The notes beneath the pieces are model-generated. The model made no database searches. It was given only the letters and a program-made list of their open reading frames with translations, and was not told the DNA's origin. A DNA stretch of 64,000 nucleotides, taken from the NCBI RefSeq assembly GCF_003334405.1, contig NZ_QOWM01000002.1. One strand, 5' to 3'. Every line of letters starts with the position of its first letter. Position 1 is the first letter of the stretch. This stretch comes from Escherichia coli (GTDB taxonomy: Bacteria; Pseudomonadota; Gammaproteobacteria; Enterobacterales; Enterobacteriaceae). The translations under genes and the position numbers were made by a program. Of this stretch, positions 35,115-44,532 are shown piece after piece.

Positions 35115-36464
35115 TTGGCGGGTTTTAACATCAAACATTGGTTTGCAGATGGCGCGTTTCGCACCATTATTCGCAATAGCGCCTGGTTAGGCTCCAGTAA
35201 TGTCGTGAGCGCCTTGCTGGGTCTGTTGGCGCTCTCGTGTGCCGGTAAAGGGATGACGCCCGCCATGTTTGGCGTACTGGTGATTGTGCAATCGTACGCC
35301 AAGTCGATCAGCGATTTTATTAAGTTTCAGACATGGCAACTGGTGGTTCAGTACGGAACACCAGCATTAACCAACAATAATCCGCAGCAATTCCGCAATG
35401 TCGTCTCATTTTCCTTCTCGCTGGATATCGTCAGCGGCGCGGTGGCGATTGTCGGTGGCATTGCCTTACTGCCATTCCTTTCCCATTCATTAGGTCTGGA
35501 TGACCAAAGTTTTTGGCTGGCAGCGCTCTATTGCACGCTCATTCCTTCAATGGCTTCCTCCACGCCGACCGGCATTCTGCGTGCGGTAGATCGCTTCGAT
35601 TTAATTGCTGTACAGCAGGCGACGAAACCTTTTCTGCGCGCAGCGGGGAGCGTCGTAGCCTGGTATTTTGACTTTGGTTTTGCGGGTTTTGTTATTGCCT
35701 GGTACGTGTCGAATCTGGTTGGCGGCACCATGTACTGGTGGTTTGCCGCGCGCGAATTACGCCGCCGAAATATCCATAACGCCTTCAAATTGAATCTGTT
35801 TGAGTCTGCCCGATACATTAAAGGCGCGTGGAGTTTTGTCTGGTCAACCAACATTGCCCACTCCATCTGGTCGGCGCGTAACTCGTGCAGCACAGTGTTG
35901 GTGGGGATCGTGTTAGGACCCGCTGCCGCCGGGTTATTTAAAATCGCCATGACATTCTTCGACGCCGCCGGAACGCCAGCGGGTTTGCTGGGTAAAAGTT
36001 TTTACCCAGAGGTGATGCGTTTAGATCCGCGCACCACCAGACCGTGGTTGTTAGGTGTGAAGTCCGGTTTACTGGCGGGCGGAATCGGTATTCTGGTGGC
36101 GCTCGCGGTGTTGATCGTCGGCAAGCCGCTCATTTCGCTGGTGTTTGGCGTTAAGTATCTCGAAGCGTATGACCTGATTCAGGTGATGCTGGGCGCAATT
36201 GTGATTTCGATGCTGGGCTTCCCTCAGGAGTCATTGCTATTGATGGCGGGAAAACAGCGCGCTTTTCTCGTGGCGCAAACCATCGCCTCAATCGGCTACA
36301 TCGTATTGCTGTTCATGTTCTGTCATCTGTTTGGTGTGCTGGGAGCAGCGTTTGCTTACTTCGGTGGGCAATGTCTGGACGTGGCGCTCTCGTTAATTCC
36401 AACCTTAAAGGCATTTTTTCAGCGCCATTCCTTGCTTTATAACGCAGCCGGAGAGAAATCCTGA
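35115..36464 (+). CDS. yghQ: MOP-superfamily (Wzx/MurJ-like) polytopic membrane flippase YghQ, full length
   Basis: 449-aa ORF with about 12-14 hydrophobic helices; its stop overlaps the next gene's start. My recollection is that the K-12 copy is annotated shorter. Confidence 0.78.
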   Translation: MAGFNIKHWFADGAFRTIIRNSAWLGSSNVVSALLGLLALSCAGKGMTPAMFGVLVIVQSYAKSISDFIKFQTWQLVVQYGTPALTNNNPQQFRNVVSFSFSLDIVSGAVAIVGGIALLPFLSHSLGLDDQSFWLAALYCTLIPSMASSTPTGILRAVDRFDLIAVQQATKPFLRAAGSVVAWYFDFGFAGFVIAWYVSNLVGGTMYWWFAARELRRRNIHNAFKLNLFESARYIKGAWSFVWSTNIAHSIWSARNSCSTVLVGIVLGPAAAGLFKIAMTFFDAAGTPAGLLGKSFYPEVMRLDPRTTRPWLLGVKSGLLAGGIGILVALAVLIVGKPLISLVFGVKYLEAYDLIQVMLGAIVISMLGFPQESLLLMAGKQRAFLVAQTIASIGYIVLLFMFCHLFGVLGAAFAYFGGQCLDVALSLIPTLKAFFQRHSLLYNAAGEKS

Positions 36465-37288
36465 TGATGAGAAAATATTTCCCGCTTGAGGCGAGCGAGC
36501 GTCTATTTGTTGCGATTGAAGAAGATGATGTCGTTGATGCACAGGTTAGTTTGCCGCCGACTATTGCACTAAGTTGTACCACCGAAATCATTCATGATAA
36601 TTACGCGTTATGCCTGCAATTCTGGCTCAATGGCGTTGATCGTCAGGAGTTACTGCGTTTAGTTCGCAAACAAGCCAAAGGCGATGAGCTGACTGCTGAT
36701 GAGCGCAAACAATTTAAATACATGCGAGCGCGCTACAAGCACCTGCGTTTTGCGCAACGGCTGTATTTAAAGAAGCATCAGGCCGGATTTTTATTCGGCA
36801 AAACGACCGTTTTTCTGGGGCGTTTTCAGGACGGCTTTCGTAACGGTAAGAAAAATATTGTGTCGTATTACGGCAACCTGTTACGGATTTATTTAAGCTC
36901 TCCGGTCTGGTCGTTGGTGAACTATTCATTACGCCATAGCCAGTTAGAAAGCGTAAGCAGTTTTATTGCCTATCGGCAAAAGCAAATGCATACCCTGAAA
37001 GAGATTATTGCCAAACCGCGACTAACCGGTAGGGAATTTCATGATGTGCGAAAAATCATCAGCCAGCAGGTTTCTTATTACGACACCTTAAGATCGCTTG
37101 ATCCTGAAAATAAAGAGGCGTTACAGATATCCCGCTTCCTCGCCGCCATTAATGGCCTGATGGGAGATAAACACGACGACATGGTGGCGGATGATATGGA
37201 AAACCGCCAGTCGTATGATGCACCGGTGGCGCTGGATAGCGATATTCGTCAGCGCTTAGAGCTGCTGATTTCGCGTTTTCCGCTATAG
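36464..37288 (+). CDS. Hypothetical protein, co-operonic with yghQ
   Basis: 274-aa soluble ORF with no motif I recognise, translationally coupled to yghQ by a TGATG overlap. Confidence 0.6.
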   Translation: MMRKYFPLEASERLFVAIEEDDVVDAQVSLPPTIALSCTTEIIHDNYALCLQFWLNGVDRQELLRLVRKQAKGDELTADERKQFKYMRARYKHLRFAQRLYLKKHQAGFLFGKTTVFLGRFQDGFRNGKKNIVSYYGNLLRIYLSSPVWSLVNYSLRHSQLESVSSFIAYRQKQMHTLKEIIAKPRLTGREFHDVRKIISQQVSYYDTLRSLDPENKEALQISRFLAAINGLMGDKHDDMVADDMENRQSYDAPVALDSDIRQRLELLISRFPL

Positions 37289-37296
37289 CCGGAGCA

Positions 37297-37860
37297 ATGA
37301 TGTCATCTCGTTTGATTATTGCGTTGATTATCATGCTCTTAGCCCCGGGTGTGCAGGCACACAATTTCGTCACTGGCAAAACGGTTACCCCTGTTTATAT
37401 CCAGGAAGGCGGCGAGCTGCTTCTGAATAGCGACGACGAAATTCACTACCAAAAGTGGAACAGCACACAATTAGCGGGAAAAGTCCGCATTATTCAGTAT
37501 ATCGCCGGGCGTAAGTCGGCGAAGAAAAAGAACTCACTGTTAATTAAAGCGGTTGAAGCGGCAAACTTTCCGCAGGATCGTTTTCAGCCCACCACCATTG
37601 TGAACACCGATGATGCCATCTTTGGTACTGGCTATTTTGTTGTTGGCAAAATCGAAAAAAATAAACGCCGCTATCCGTGGGCGCAATTCGTTATTGACGG
37701 CAATGGACAGGGACGCGTTGCCTGGCGCTTGCCGGAGCAGAGTTCAACCATTCTGGTGCTGAATAAAGCCGGGCAAATTCAGTGGGCAAAGGACGGCAGC
37801 CTGACGCCGGAAGAGGTAGATCATGTCATTGCGTTGGCGCAGAAACTGATCAATGAATAA
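37297..37860 (+). CDS. YtfJ-family periplasmic protein (paralogue)
   Basis: 187-aa ORF with a signal peptide (LIIALIIMLLAPGVQA) and YtfJ-like blocks (KWNSTQLAGKVR, TTIVNTDDAIFG, QWAKDGSLTPEEV). Confidence 0.65.
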   Translation: MMSSRLIIALIIMLLAPGVQAHNFVTGKTVTPVYIQEGGELLLNSDDEIHYQKWNSTQLAGKVRIIQYIAGRKSAKKKNSLLIKAVEAANFPQDRFQPTTIVNTDDAIFGTGYFVVGKIEKNKRRYPWAQFVIDGNGQGRVAWRLPEQSSTILVLNKAGQIQWAKDGSLTPEEVDHVIALAQKLINE

Positions 37861-37890
37861 AAAACTCAAAGGATTGAGGGCGTTAGTGAG

Positions 37891-38961
37891 ATGAAGCTGG
37901 TTGAACACTACATCATGCGTGGTACGCGCCGTCTGGTGCTGATTATCGTCGGTTTTCTGATCTTTATTTTCGCCAGCTACTCCGCACAGCGTTATCTGAC
38001 CGAAGCGGCAAATGGGACATTAGCTCTTGATGTTGTGCTGGATATCGTTTTCTACAAAGTACTGATTGCACTGGAGATGTTGTTACCTGTTGGTCTGTAT
38101 GTGTCAGTTGGCGTGACGCTAGGGCAGATGTATACCGACTCGGAAATTACCGCTATCTCTGCGGCGGGGGGCAGTCCGGGACGCTTGTACAAAGCCGTTC
38201 TTTATCTGGCGATACCGCTAAGTATTTTTGTCACCCTTCTGTCGATGTATGGTCGTCCGTGGGCTTATGCGCAGATTTATCAACTGGAGCAGCAGTCGCA
38301 GTCGGAGCTGGATGTTCGCCAGTTGCGGGCAAAGAAATTTAACACTAACGATAACGGACGAATGATCCTTTCGCAGACGGTTGATCAGGATAATAATCGC
38401 CTGACTGACGCGCTGATTTATACTTCTACTGCCAATCGAACCCGCATTTTCCGCGCCCGTTCGGTTGATGTGGTTGACCCATCACCCGAGAAACCGACCG
38501 TTATGTTGCACAACGGCACTGCCTATCTTATCGATCATCAGGGGCGTGATGACAACGAACAGATCTACCGTAATCTGCAATTACATCTGAATCCGCTGGA
38601 TCAAAGCCCTAACGTCAAACGCAAAGCGAAATCGGTCACGGAGCTGGCGCGCTCCGTCTTTCCAGCCGATCATGCCGAACTGCAATGGCGGCAAAGCCGT
38701 GGCCTGACCGCATTGTTGATGGCGCTGCTGGCCATTTCATTAAGTCGGGTAAAACCGCGGCAAGGGCGATTTTCAACGTTATTGCCACTGACGTTGCTGT
38801 TTATTGCCATTTTTTATGGCGGTGACGTCTGCCGTACGCTGGTGGCTAACGGCGCGATTCCCCTCATTCCTGGTTTGTGGTTAGTACCCGGACTCATGCT
38901 AATGGGCCTGCTGATGCTGGTCGCACGCGACTTCTCTTTGCTGCAGAAATTTTCCCGATGA
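37891..38961 (+). CDS. LptF-like permease (YjgP/YjgQ family)
   Basis: 356-aa ORF with the LptF/LptG architecture: N-terminal TM helices, a periplasmic beta-jellyroll-sized insert, and C-terminal TM helices. Confidence 0.75.
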   Translation: MKLVEHYIMRGTRRLVLIIVGFLIFIFASYSAQRYLTEAANGTLALDVVLDIVFYKVLIALEMLLPVGLYVSVGVTLGQMYTDSEITAISAAGGSPGRLYKAVLYLAIPLSIFVTLLSMYGRPWAYAQIYQLEQQSQSELDVRQLRAKKFNTNDNGRMILSQTVDQDNNRLTDALIYTSTANRTRIFRARSVDVVDPSPEKPTVMLHNGTAYLIDHQGRDDNEQIYRNLQLHLNPLDQSPNVKRKAKSVTELARSVFPADHAELQWRQSRGLTALLMALLAISLSRVKPRQGRFSTLLPLTLLFIAIFYGGDVCRTLVANGAIPLIPGLWLVPGLMLMGLLMLVARDFSLLQKFSR

Positions 38962-40037
38962 ATGTTTTCAGCCGCTATTTAATCCGTCATCTCTTTCTCG
39001 GTTTTGCCGCCGCCGCAGGGCTATTGCTGCCGCTTTTTACCACCTTCAACCTGATTAACGAACTGGATGATGTCAGCCCGGGCGGTTATCGCTGGACTCA
39101 GGCGGTGCTGGTGGTGCTAATGACCTTACCGCGCACACTGGTCGAACTTTCGCCATTTATCGCCTTATTGGGAGGGATTGTCGGCCTGGGGCAGTTATCG
39201 AAAAACAGTGAGCTTACCGCCATTCGCAGCATGGGGTTTTCTATCTTCCGTATTGCACTGGTGGCGCTGGTTGCAGGGATATTGTGGACTGTTTCGTTAG
39301 GCGCGATAGATGAGTGGGTAGCGTCGCCATTACAGCAACAGGCGTTGCAAATCAAATCGACCGCCACCGCGTTGGGGGAGGACGATGACATTACCGGCAA
39401 TATGCTGTGGGCCAGGCGTGGTAATGAATTTGTGACGGTGAAATCGCTGAACGAGCAGGGCCAGCCGGTGGGCGTGGAGATTTTTCATTATCGCGACGAT
39501 CTCTCGCTCGAATCCTACATTTATGCACGCAGTGCCACCATTGAAGACGACAAAACGTGGATCCTGCATGGTGTGAATCATAAAAAATGGCTGAATGGCA
39601 AAGAAACGCTGGAAACATTAGATAATCTTGCCTGGCAATCGGCCTTCACCAGTATGGATCTTGAAGAGTTATCAATGCCGGGCAATACTTTTTCTGTCCG
39701 TCAGCTTAATCATTACATCCATTATTTGCAGGAAACCGGGCAACCCAGCAGCGAATACCGCCTTGCACTGTGGGAAAAACTGGGGCAACCCATCCTGACC
39801 CTGGCGATGATTTTGCTGGCTGTGCCGTTTACCTTTAGCGCCCCGCGCTCGCCAGGGATGGGTAGCCGTCTCGCTGTAGGTGTCATCGTTGGCTTACTCA
39901 CCTGGATCAGCTATCAAATCATGGTCAATCTGGGATTGCTATTTGCGTTGAGCGCACCTGTTACCGCGCTCGGTTTACCGATAGCGTTTGTGCTGGTGGC
40001 GTTGAGCCTGGTGTATTGGTATGACAGACAACATTAA
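38958..40037 (+). CDS. LptG-like permease (YjgP/YjgQ family)
   Basis: Start at MNVFSRYLIRH gives 359 aa, overlapping the upstream stop as ATGA. Same architecture as the preceding gene. Confidence 0.75.
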   Translation: MNVFSRYLIRHLFLGFAAAAGLLLPLFTTFNLINELDDVSPGGYRWTQAVLVVLMTLPRTLVELSPFIALLGGIVGLGQLSKNSELTAIRSMGFSIFRIALVALVAGILWTVSLGAIDEWVASPLQQQALQIKSTATALGEDDDITGNMLWARRGNEFVTVKSLNEQGQPVGVEIFHYRDDLSLESYIYARSATIEDDKTWILHGVNHKKWLNGKETLETLDNLAWQSAFTSMDLEELSMPGNTFSVRQLNHYIHYLQETGQPSSEYRLALWEKLGQPILTLAMILLAVPFTFSAPRSPGMGSRLAVGVIVGLLTWISYQIMVNLGLLFALSAPVTALGLPIAFVLVALSLVYWYDRQH

Positions 40038-40071
40038 ACCCGCCGTGGCGCAACACCACGGCGGGCTCACA

Positions 40072-41244
40072 TTACTGCTTCAGAGTAGCAAATGCCTGAA
40101 TGATGGCATCGATTTGCTCACGACTGTGAGCAGCGTTTACGCTACAGCGCAGCAGCGTGATGCCTGCAGGCGCGGCAGGTGGCAGGATAAGATTCACATA
40201 AACGCCCAGCGAAATAAGCTCGCGCCAGATGCGTAAACCGTCCTCTTTCGAACCGATTATTACCGGCACTACCGGGCTAATATGTGAACTTAACTCATAA
40301 CCCAGTTTTTGCAGACCGTCATACAGATGGTTGGCATTATCCATCAGCTTTTGCCGCAGCTCTGGTTGTGTGGCAATAGTTCTTAACGACGAGCGCACGG
40401 TCGCAATGCAGGACGGAGAAGGAGAGGCGGTAAAAATATACGGGCGGCTGCCGTAGCGCAGCACTTCCATCGCTTCCGAACCGACAGCAAAACCGCCAAT
40501 CGAGGCCAGACTTTTACTGAAGGTGCCAACGATAATATCCACATCATCTTCAACGCCGACAGCTTCAGCCAGTCCGCGCCCCGTTGCGCCTAACACGCCA
40601 AACGAATGCGCTTCATCGACAATCAAATAACCACCGAGACGACGTTTGATATCAACAATTTCCGCTAACGGCGCAACGTCACCGAGCATGCTGTAGATAC
40701 CCTCAACGATGATAATCGCCTCTTTCGCCCGTTCACCGAGGCGAACCATGCGCCGTTCCAGATCTTTAGCATCGTTATGGCGGAAACGAATAATTTCCGC
40801 GCCACCGAGAGAACAGGCGTCATAAATACTGGCGTGGCTGTCGGCATCCAGTAACACCACGGCGTTATGGTCGGCAAGTGCGCTGATGACGCCTAAATTA
40901 GCGGTATAACCGGTTGAAAAAACGATAGCGGTAGGGCGATTGAAAAACTCGGCAATCTCTTTCTCTAACGCCAGGTGCGGCGCATAACTGCCGTTTGCCA
41001 TACGAGAACCGGTGGTGCCGGTACCTTGGGCCGCTAACGCGGCCTGACCTTCGCTGATGGCATCATGATTAAAGGTTAAACCGAGATAATTATTGGTCCC
41101 GGCCAGAATCACTTTTTTATTGCCGATCCGGCCTTCGGTGGCGGAATACACTTCATCAATACAGGTGCCAAACGGTGTTAACCCGTTGTCACTAAATTGC
41201 AGTCGCTCGCCAGCAAGGCGCGCATATTTATCGTATAGCCCCAT
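40072..41244 (-). CDS. Alpha-oxoamine synthase family PLP enzyme (serine palmitoyltransferase / AONS / CqsA-like)
   Basis: 390-aa ORF with the AOS-family fold signature, including the PLP-lysine region (GTFSKSLAS) and the DEAHSFGVLG block. Confidence 0.85.
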   Translation of the reverse strand: MGLYDKYARLAGERLQFSDNGLTPFGTCIDEVYSATEGRIGNKKVILAGTNNYLGLTFNHDAISEGQAALAAQGTGTTGSRMANGSYAPHLALEKEIAEFFNRPTAIVFSTGYTANLGVISALADHNAVVLLDADSHASIYDACSLGGAEIIRFRHNDAKDLERRMVRLGERAKEAIIIVEGIYSMLGDVAPLAEIVDIKRRLGGYLIVDEAHSFGVLGATGRGLAEAVGVEDDVDIIVGTFSKSLASIGGFAVGSEAMEVLRYGSRPYIFTASPSPSCIATVRSSLRTIATQPELRQKLMDNANHLYDGLQKLGYELSSHISPVVPVIIGSKEDGLRIWRELISLGVYVNLILPPAAPAGITLLRCSVNAAHSREQIDAIIQAFATLKQ

Positions 41245-41492
41245 TATTTATTCTCCAGCCATGGAAGTAGAGTTTCCATTAATTGCGCAGGGGTTTTGAC
41301 ATCCAGCAGAATATTAATAGGAATGGAAATATCGAATCTGTCTTCCAGCATCATTAAGAGATCCATCACTTTGATCGACTCCAGGCCAAGATCGTTGACG
41401 AGATCGCTGTCGGGCTTAATTTCCACACCGTTTTCGACCAAATCCTGTAAACAGGAAAGGATGTAATCCATTACTATTTCACGATTTACCAT
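41244..41492 (-). CDS. Dedicated acyl carrier protein
   Basis: 82-aa acidic ORF with a phosphopantetheine-attachment motif (DLGLESI). Its stop is adjacent to the AOS gene start. Confidence 0.8.
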   Translation of the reverse strand: MVNREIVMDYILSCLQDLVENGVEIKPDSDLVNDLGLESIKVMDLLMMLEDRFDISIPINILLDVKTPAQLMETLLPWLENK

Positions 41493-41523
41493 AGAAACGT
41501 TAACACACCTTTAAACAAGACAA

Positions 41524-42438
41524 TCAAAATAGCCCGTTGCGTAATGCGTGTTCCAGGCTAATCCCGGGAAACCAATTAATATCTTCAGAAATACGGTTAT
41601 TACTTGCCGACCAGTCGGCGTGGGTTAATTCACGAATTTTCGAGCGGGTCAGCATAGGTTCTTTACCTGCCAGGCGACTCAACGCGGTACTGATATCCGC
41701 AAGGCCGGTGAGTACCGGCAGAGGAATGCCAACCATTCGCACGGAACCGCAACGGGCGTCGGCGGCAAGTTGCTGTACGCGTTGCCAGTCATAGCCGCCG
41801 GCGACGCCATCGCATAATTCATAGGTTTGCGTCTGTATAGTTTCGGCGCTTAACCACTGACCCACTGCTTGCGCGAAATCGGTGACGTGCAGAAAAGAGA
41901 GCTGTGTATCTGGCGCACCAAGTCGTGGCAGCAGGCCGCGCAGCATCCAGTCAAACAGCGGTTTTAACTCTTTATCGCCGGGACCATACACGGCTGTCGG
42001 GCGAAAAACGCCCAGCGTAATTTCGTCCGCCATTGCTGCCAGTCGTTGCTCGGCGACGTATTTGGATTTTGCATACCAGGAGAGCTCGGGATGGCGCGCC
42101 GCCAGCGAAGAGATAAACAGAAAACGTTGGCAAAAGCCGCTCTCTTTTGCTGCTTGCATCAGGCGCAGGCTGCCGTCAACGTTACAGCGGGTGAAAATCT
42201 CTTCTTTGTGCCCGCGCACTTGCCCGGCGCAATGGACCACTACGCTGGCTCCGGCAACCAGCTCGCTAAGTGAATGAGTATCTTCCAGCGAACCGCGCAC
42301 CCAGGTGAGATTATCATTGACGTGAGCGCGGGCAGTACGCGTCAATACGCGAACGTGAAAGCCGCGGGCGAGCAGGTTATCGATAATATATTTACCGATA
42401 AACCCGGTAGCGCCCGTCACCGCGACAGTTTGATTCAT
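41524..42438 (-). CDS. NAD(P)-dependent epimerase/dehydratase-family (extended SDR) reductase
   Basis: 304-aa ORF with an N-terminal Rossmann motif (VTGATGFIGKYI). Confidence 0.8.
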   Translation of the reverse strand: MNQTVAVTGATGFIGKYIIDNLLARGFHVRVLTRTARAHVNDNLTWVRGSLEDTHSLSELVAGASVVVHCAGQVRGHKEEIFTRCNVDGSLRLMQAAKESGFCQRFLFISSLAARHPELSWYAKSKYVAEQRLAAMADEITLGVFRPTAVYGPGDKELKPLFDWMLRGLLPRLGAPDTQLSFLHVTDFAQAVGQWLSAETIQTQTYELCDGVAGGYDWQRVQQLAADARCGSVRMVGIPLPVLTGLADISTALSRLAGKEPMLTRSKIRELTHADWSASNNRISEDINWFPGISLEHALRNGLF

Positions 42439-44165
42439 GCCAGGGATTCCTGCACATTAAGACTGGCAGCATAAGCCTTCTGATAACGTTTTTTCGCTTC
42501 CGCACGGGCAGGCTTGCCGGAGGACGTTCGGGGAATACTGTGGGGCGGCAACAGATCGATAGCCGCGGTCACGCCAAATTCGCTTTGGATCCGTGCCGCC
42601 AGCGCGTGGATAAGCTGCCCGCGACGTTCTTCGTCGCTGATCCGACACTGGATCTGCAAAATGATTTTTTCCTGGGCGGTAACAAAAGCAATCGCATCGC
42701 CAGAATGAATTTCCGGTTCCTGTTCCGCTATATATTCAATATCCTGCGGCCAGATATTACGGCCACGAATAATAATCAGATCTTTAATGCGTCCGGTGAC
42801 ATACAGATAACCGTCCAGCAGATAACCGAGGTCGCCGGTGTCTAACCAGCCCGTCGCGGCAATCTCGTCTTGCGAAACCTGGTCGCCAAAGTAACCGCTC
42901 ATCAGACTGGGACCGGAGATGCAAATATGGCCTACCACACGTTCCGCGACCGGCATACCTGCTTCATTGCGGATTTCAATACCATGTTCCGGCAACGCTT
43001 TGCCGCAGTTGACGAAAGTCGATACGGCGCGTGTCTCTGCACCCGGCGCGACGGCTTTACCCTGATATTCGAGGATGTCGCGATCCACTTCGTTAACCAC
43101 AACCCCGGAGGCTTCATCAGAGAAGCTGACAGCCAGCGCATTTTCTGCCAGTCCGTAGCACGGCATGAAAGTTTTATTGTCAAAGTTAACCTGACGGAAA
43201 CATTCAGCGAATTGATGGAGTTGTTCTGCGGAGATGGGTTCTGCACCAATACCAGCGACGCGCCAGCAGGAAAGATCCAGTTCAGCGAGATCTTTTTCAT
43301 TCACGCGGCGCTGGCACAATTCATAGCCAAACGGCGGCGCAACGGAAACGGTGCCGCGATTTTTACTGATCAATTTAAGCCATTGCAGAGGACGCATGGC
43401 AAAATCCTGAGTGCGCAAATAATCTACTGAAAGCTGCGTGGCGACGGGGGTCAGGAGAAAGCCGACCAGTCCCATATCATGGTAGAAAGGCAGCCAGGAG
43501 ACGCAGCGGTCGCCAGGGCGTAATTTAATGCCGTCGTGGCTTATAGCACGTAGATTAGCCATCACTTCGCGATGGGTGATAATGACGCCACGGGGAAAAC
43601 GGGTGCTGCCGGAGGTGTACTGGAGGTAGGCGATATCGTTCGGAACTGGACGCTGGAGCGCAACATCGGCTTCCGGTAATGCCTTAAACCAGGCGTGGCT
43701 TAAAACATGTAATTCGGGGTTGTCATGCGTCGCGGCATTGACCAGTGGCAACCACTCATCACCAGTGATAATGGCTGCGGGCTGGCAACTTGCCAGTAAA
43801 CCCTGCAATTTGGCGCTCCAGGAATCCCGCTGACCAACGCCCATTGGAATCGCCAACGGGACGGCGACTAAGCCGGCATACTGGCAGGCAAAAAAAGCCT
43901 CTACGAACTCGCTACTTGTTTCGGCAATCAGTGCCACGCGATCGCCTTTTTTCAGGTTCAGCGATAACAACCGCTTCGCACCAGCTTCGGCACGTGCTTT
44001 TAACGTCTGATATTCCAGTTGATCTTCAAGTTGGCAACGTCTGTCATAAAAATTCATTCCGGCGCTACTCAGAGCGGCGTAGTCCAAAGCATCAACAAGC
44101 GTTGGAAAATCGGCATAGCGCATAGGTAGGGAATGCGTAAAGATTTTATTAGACATATACACCAC
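42435..44165 (-). CDS. Fatty acyl-AMP ligase / acyl-ACP synthetase (adenylate-forming enzyme)
   Basis: 576-aa ORF with the AMP-binding signature (YTSGSTRFPRGV) and a FAAL-like insertion. Overlaps the reductase gene by 4 nt. Confidence 0.85.
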   Translation of the reverse strand: MVYMSNKIFTHSLPMRYADFPTLVDALDYAALSSAGMNFYDRRCQLEDQLEYQTLKARAEAGAKRLLSLNLKKGDRVALIAETSSEFVEAFFACQYAGLVAVPLAIPMGVGQRDSWSAKLQGLLASCQPAAIITGDEWLPLVNAATHDNPELHVLSHAWFKALPEADVALQRPVPNDIAYLQYTSGSTRFPRGVIITHREVMANLRAISHDGIKLRPGDRCVSWLPFYHDMGLVGFLLTPVATQLSVDYLRTQDFAMRPLQWLKLISKNRGTVSVAPPFGYELCQRRVNEKDLAELDLSCWRVAGIGAEPISAEQLHQFAECFRQVNFDNKTFMPCYGLAENALAVSFSDEASGVVVNEVDRDILEYQGKAVAPGAETRAVSTFVNCGKALPEHGIEIRNEAGMPVAERVVGHICISGPSLMSGYFGDQVSQDEIAATGWLDTGDLGYLLDGYLYVTGRIKDLIIIRGRNIWPQDIEYIAEQEPEIHSGDAIAFVTAQEKIILQIQCRISDEERRGQLIHALAARIQSEFGVTAAIDLLPPHSIPRTSSGKPARAEAKKRYQKAYAASLNVQESLA

Positions 44166-44532
44166 GAAAAAATTGGATATCCAAAATAAAATGACAATAA
44201 TGCGGTGGATTATATAGGCATAAAAGATAAATGAGATAGTATTTTCATCAGTGTGAAAATGAACATTGATTTAAATAATGAGTTTGAGTTTTTTTGTTTT
44301 TATTGTGAATGATATTTAATTTATGAATATATTAAGAAGAAGCCTTGTCCGGTCGCCTTAAATCGACAAAAGGCATTGTGGCGCTTCTGTGTAGTCTCTG
44401 ACCTTATCGTAATCATTAATAAATACTATTTATTCGTCGTTTGTATTCATTGGGTTGATTATTAAGGTGCCGTTCGTTGCTGTTGCAACCTGTTTGTCAC
44501 CGTTAATTATTTGTTACCCACAGAACAGAACT

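Noticed and set aside
44455-44532. Upstream extension of yghO from a TTG codon
   Set aside because: No ribosome-binding site precedes it, and the hydrophobic N-terminal extension is not conserved in character with the rest of the protein. The first ATG at 44533 is preferred, though the exact start remains uncertain.
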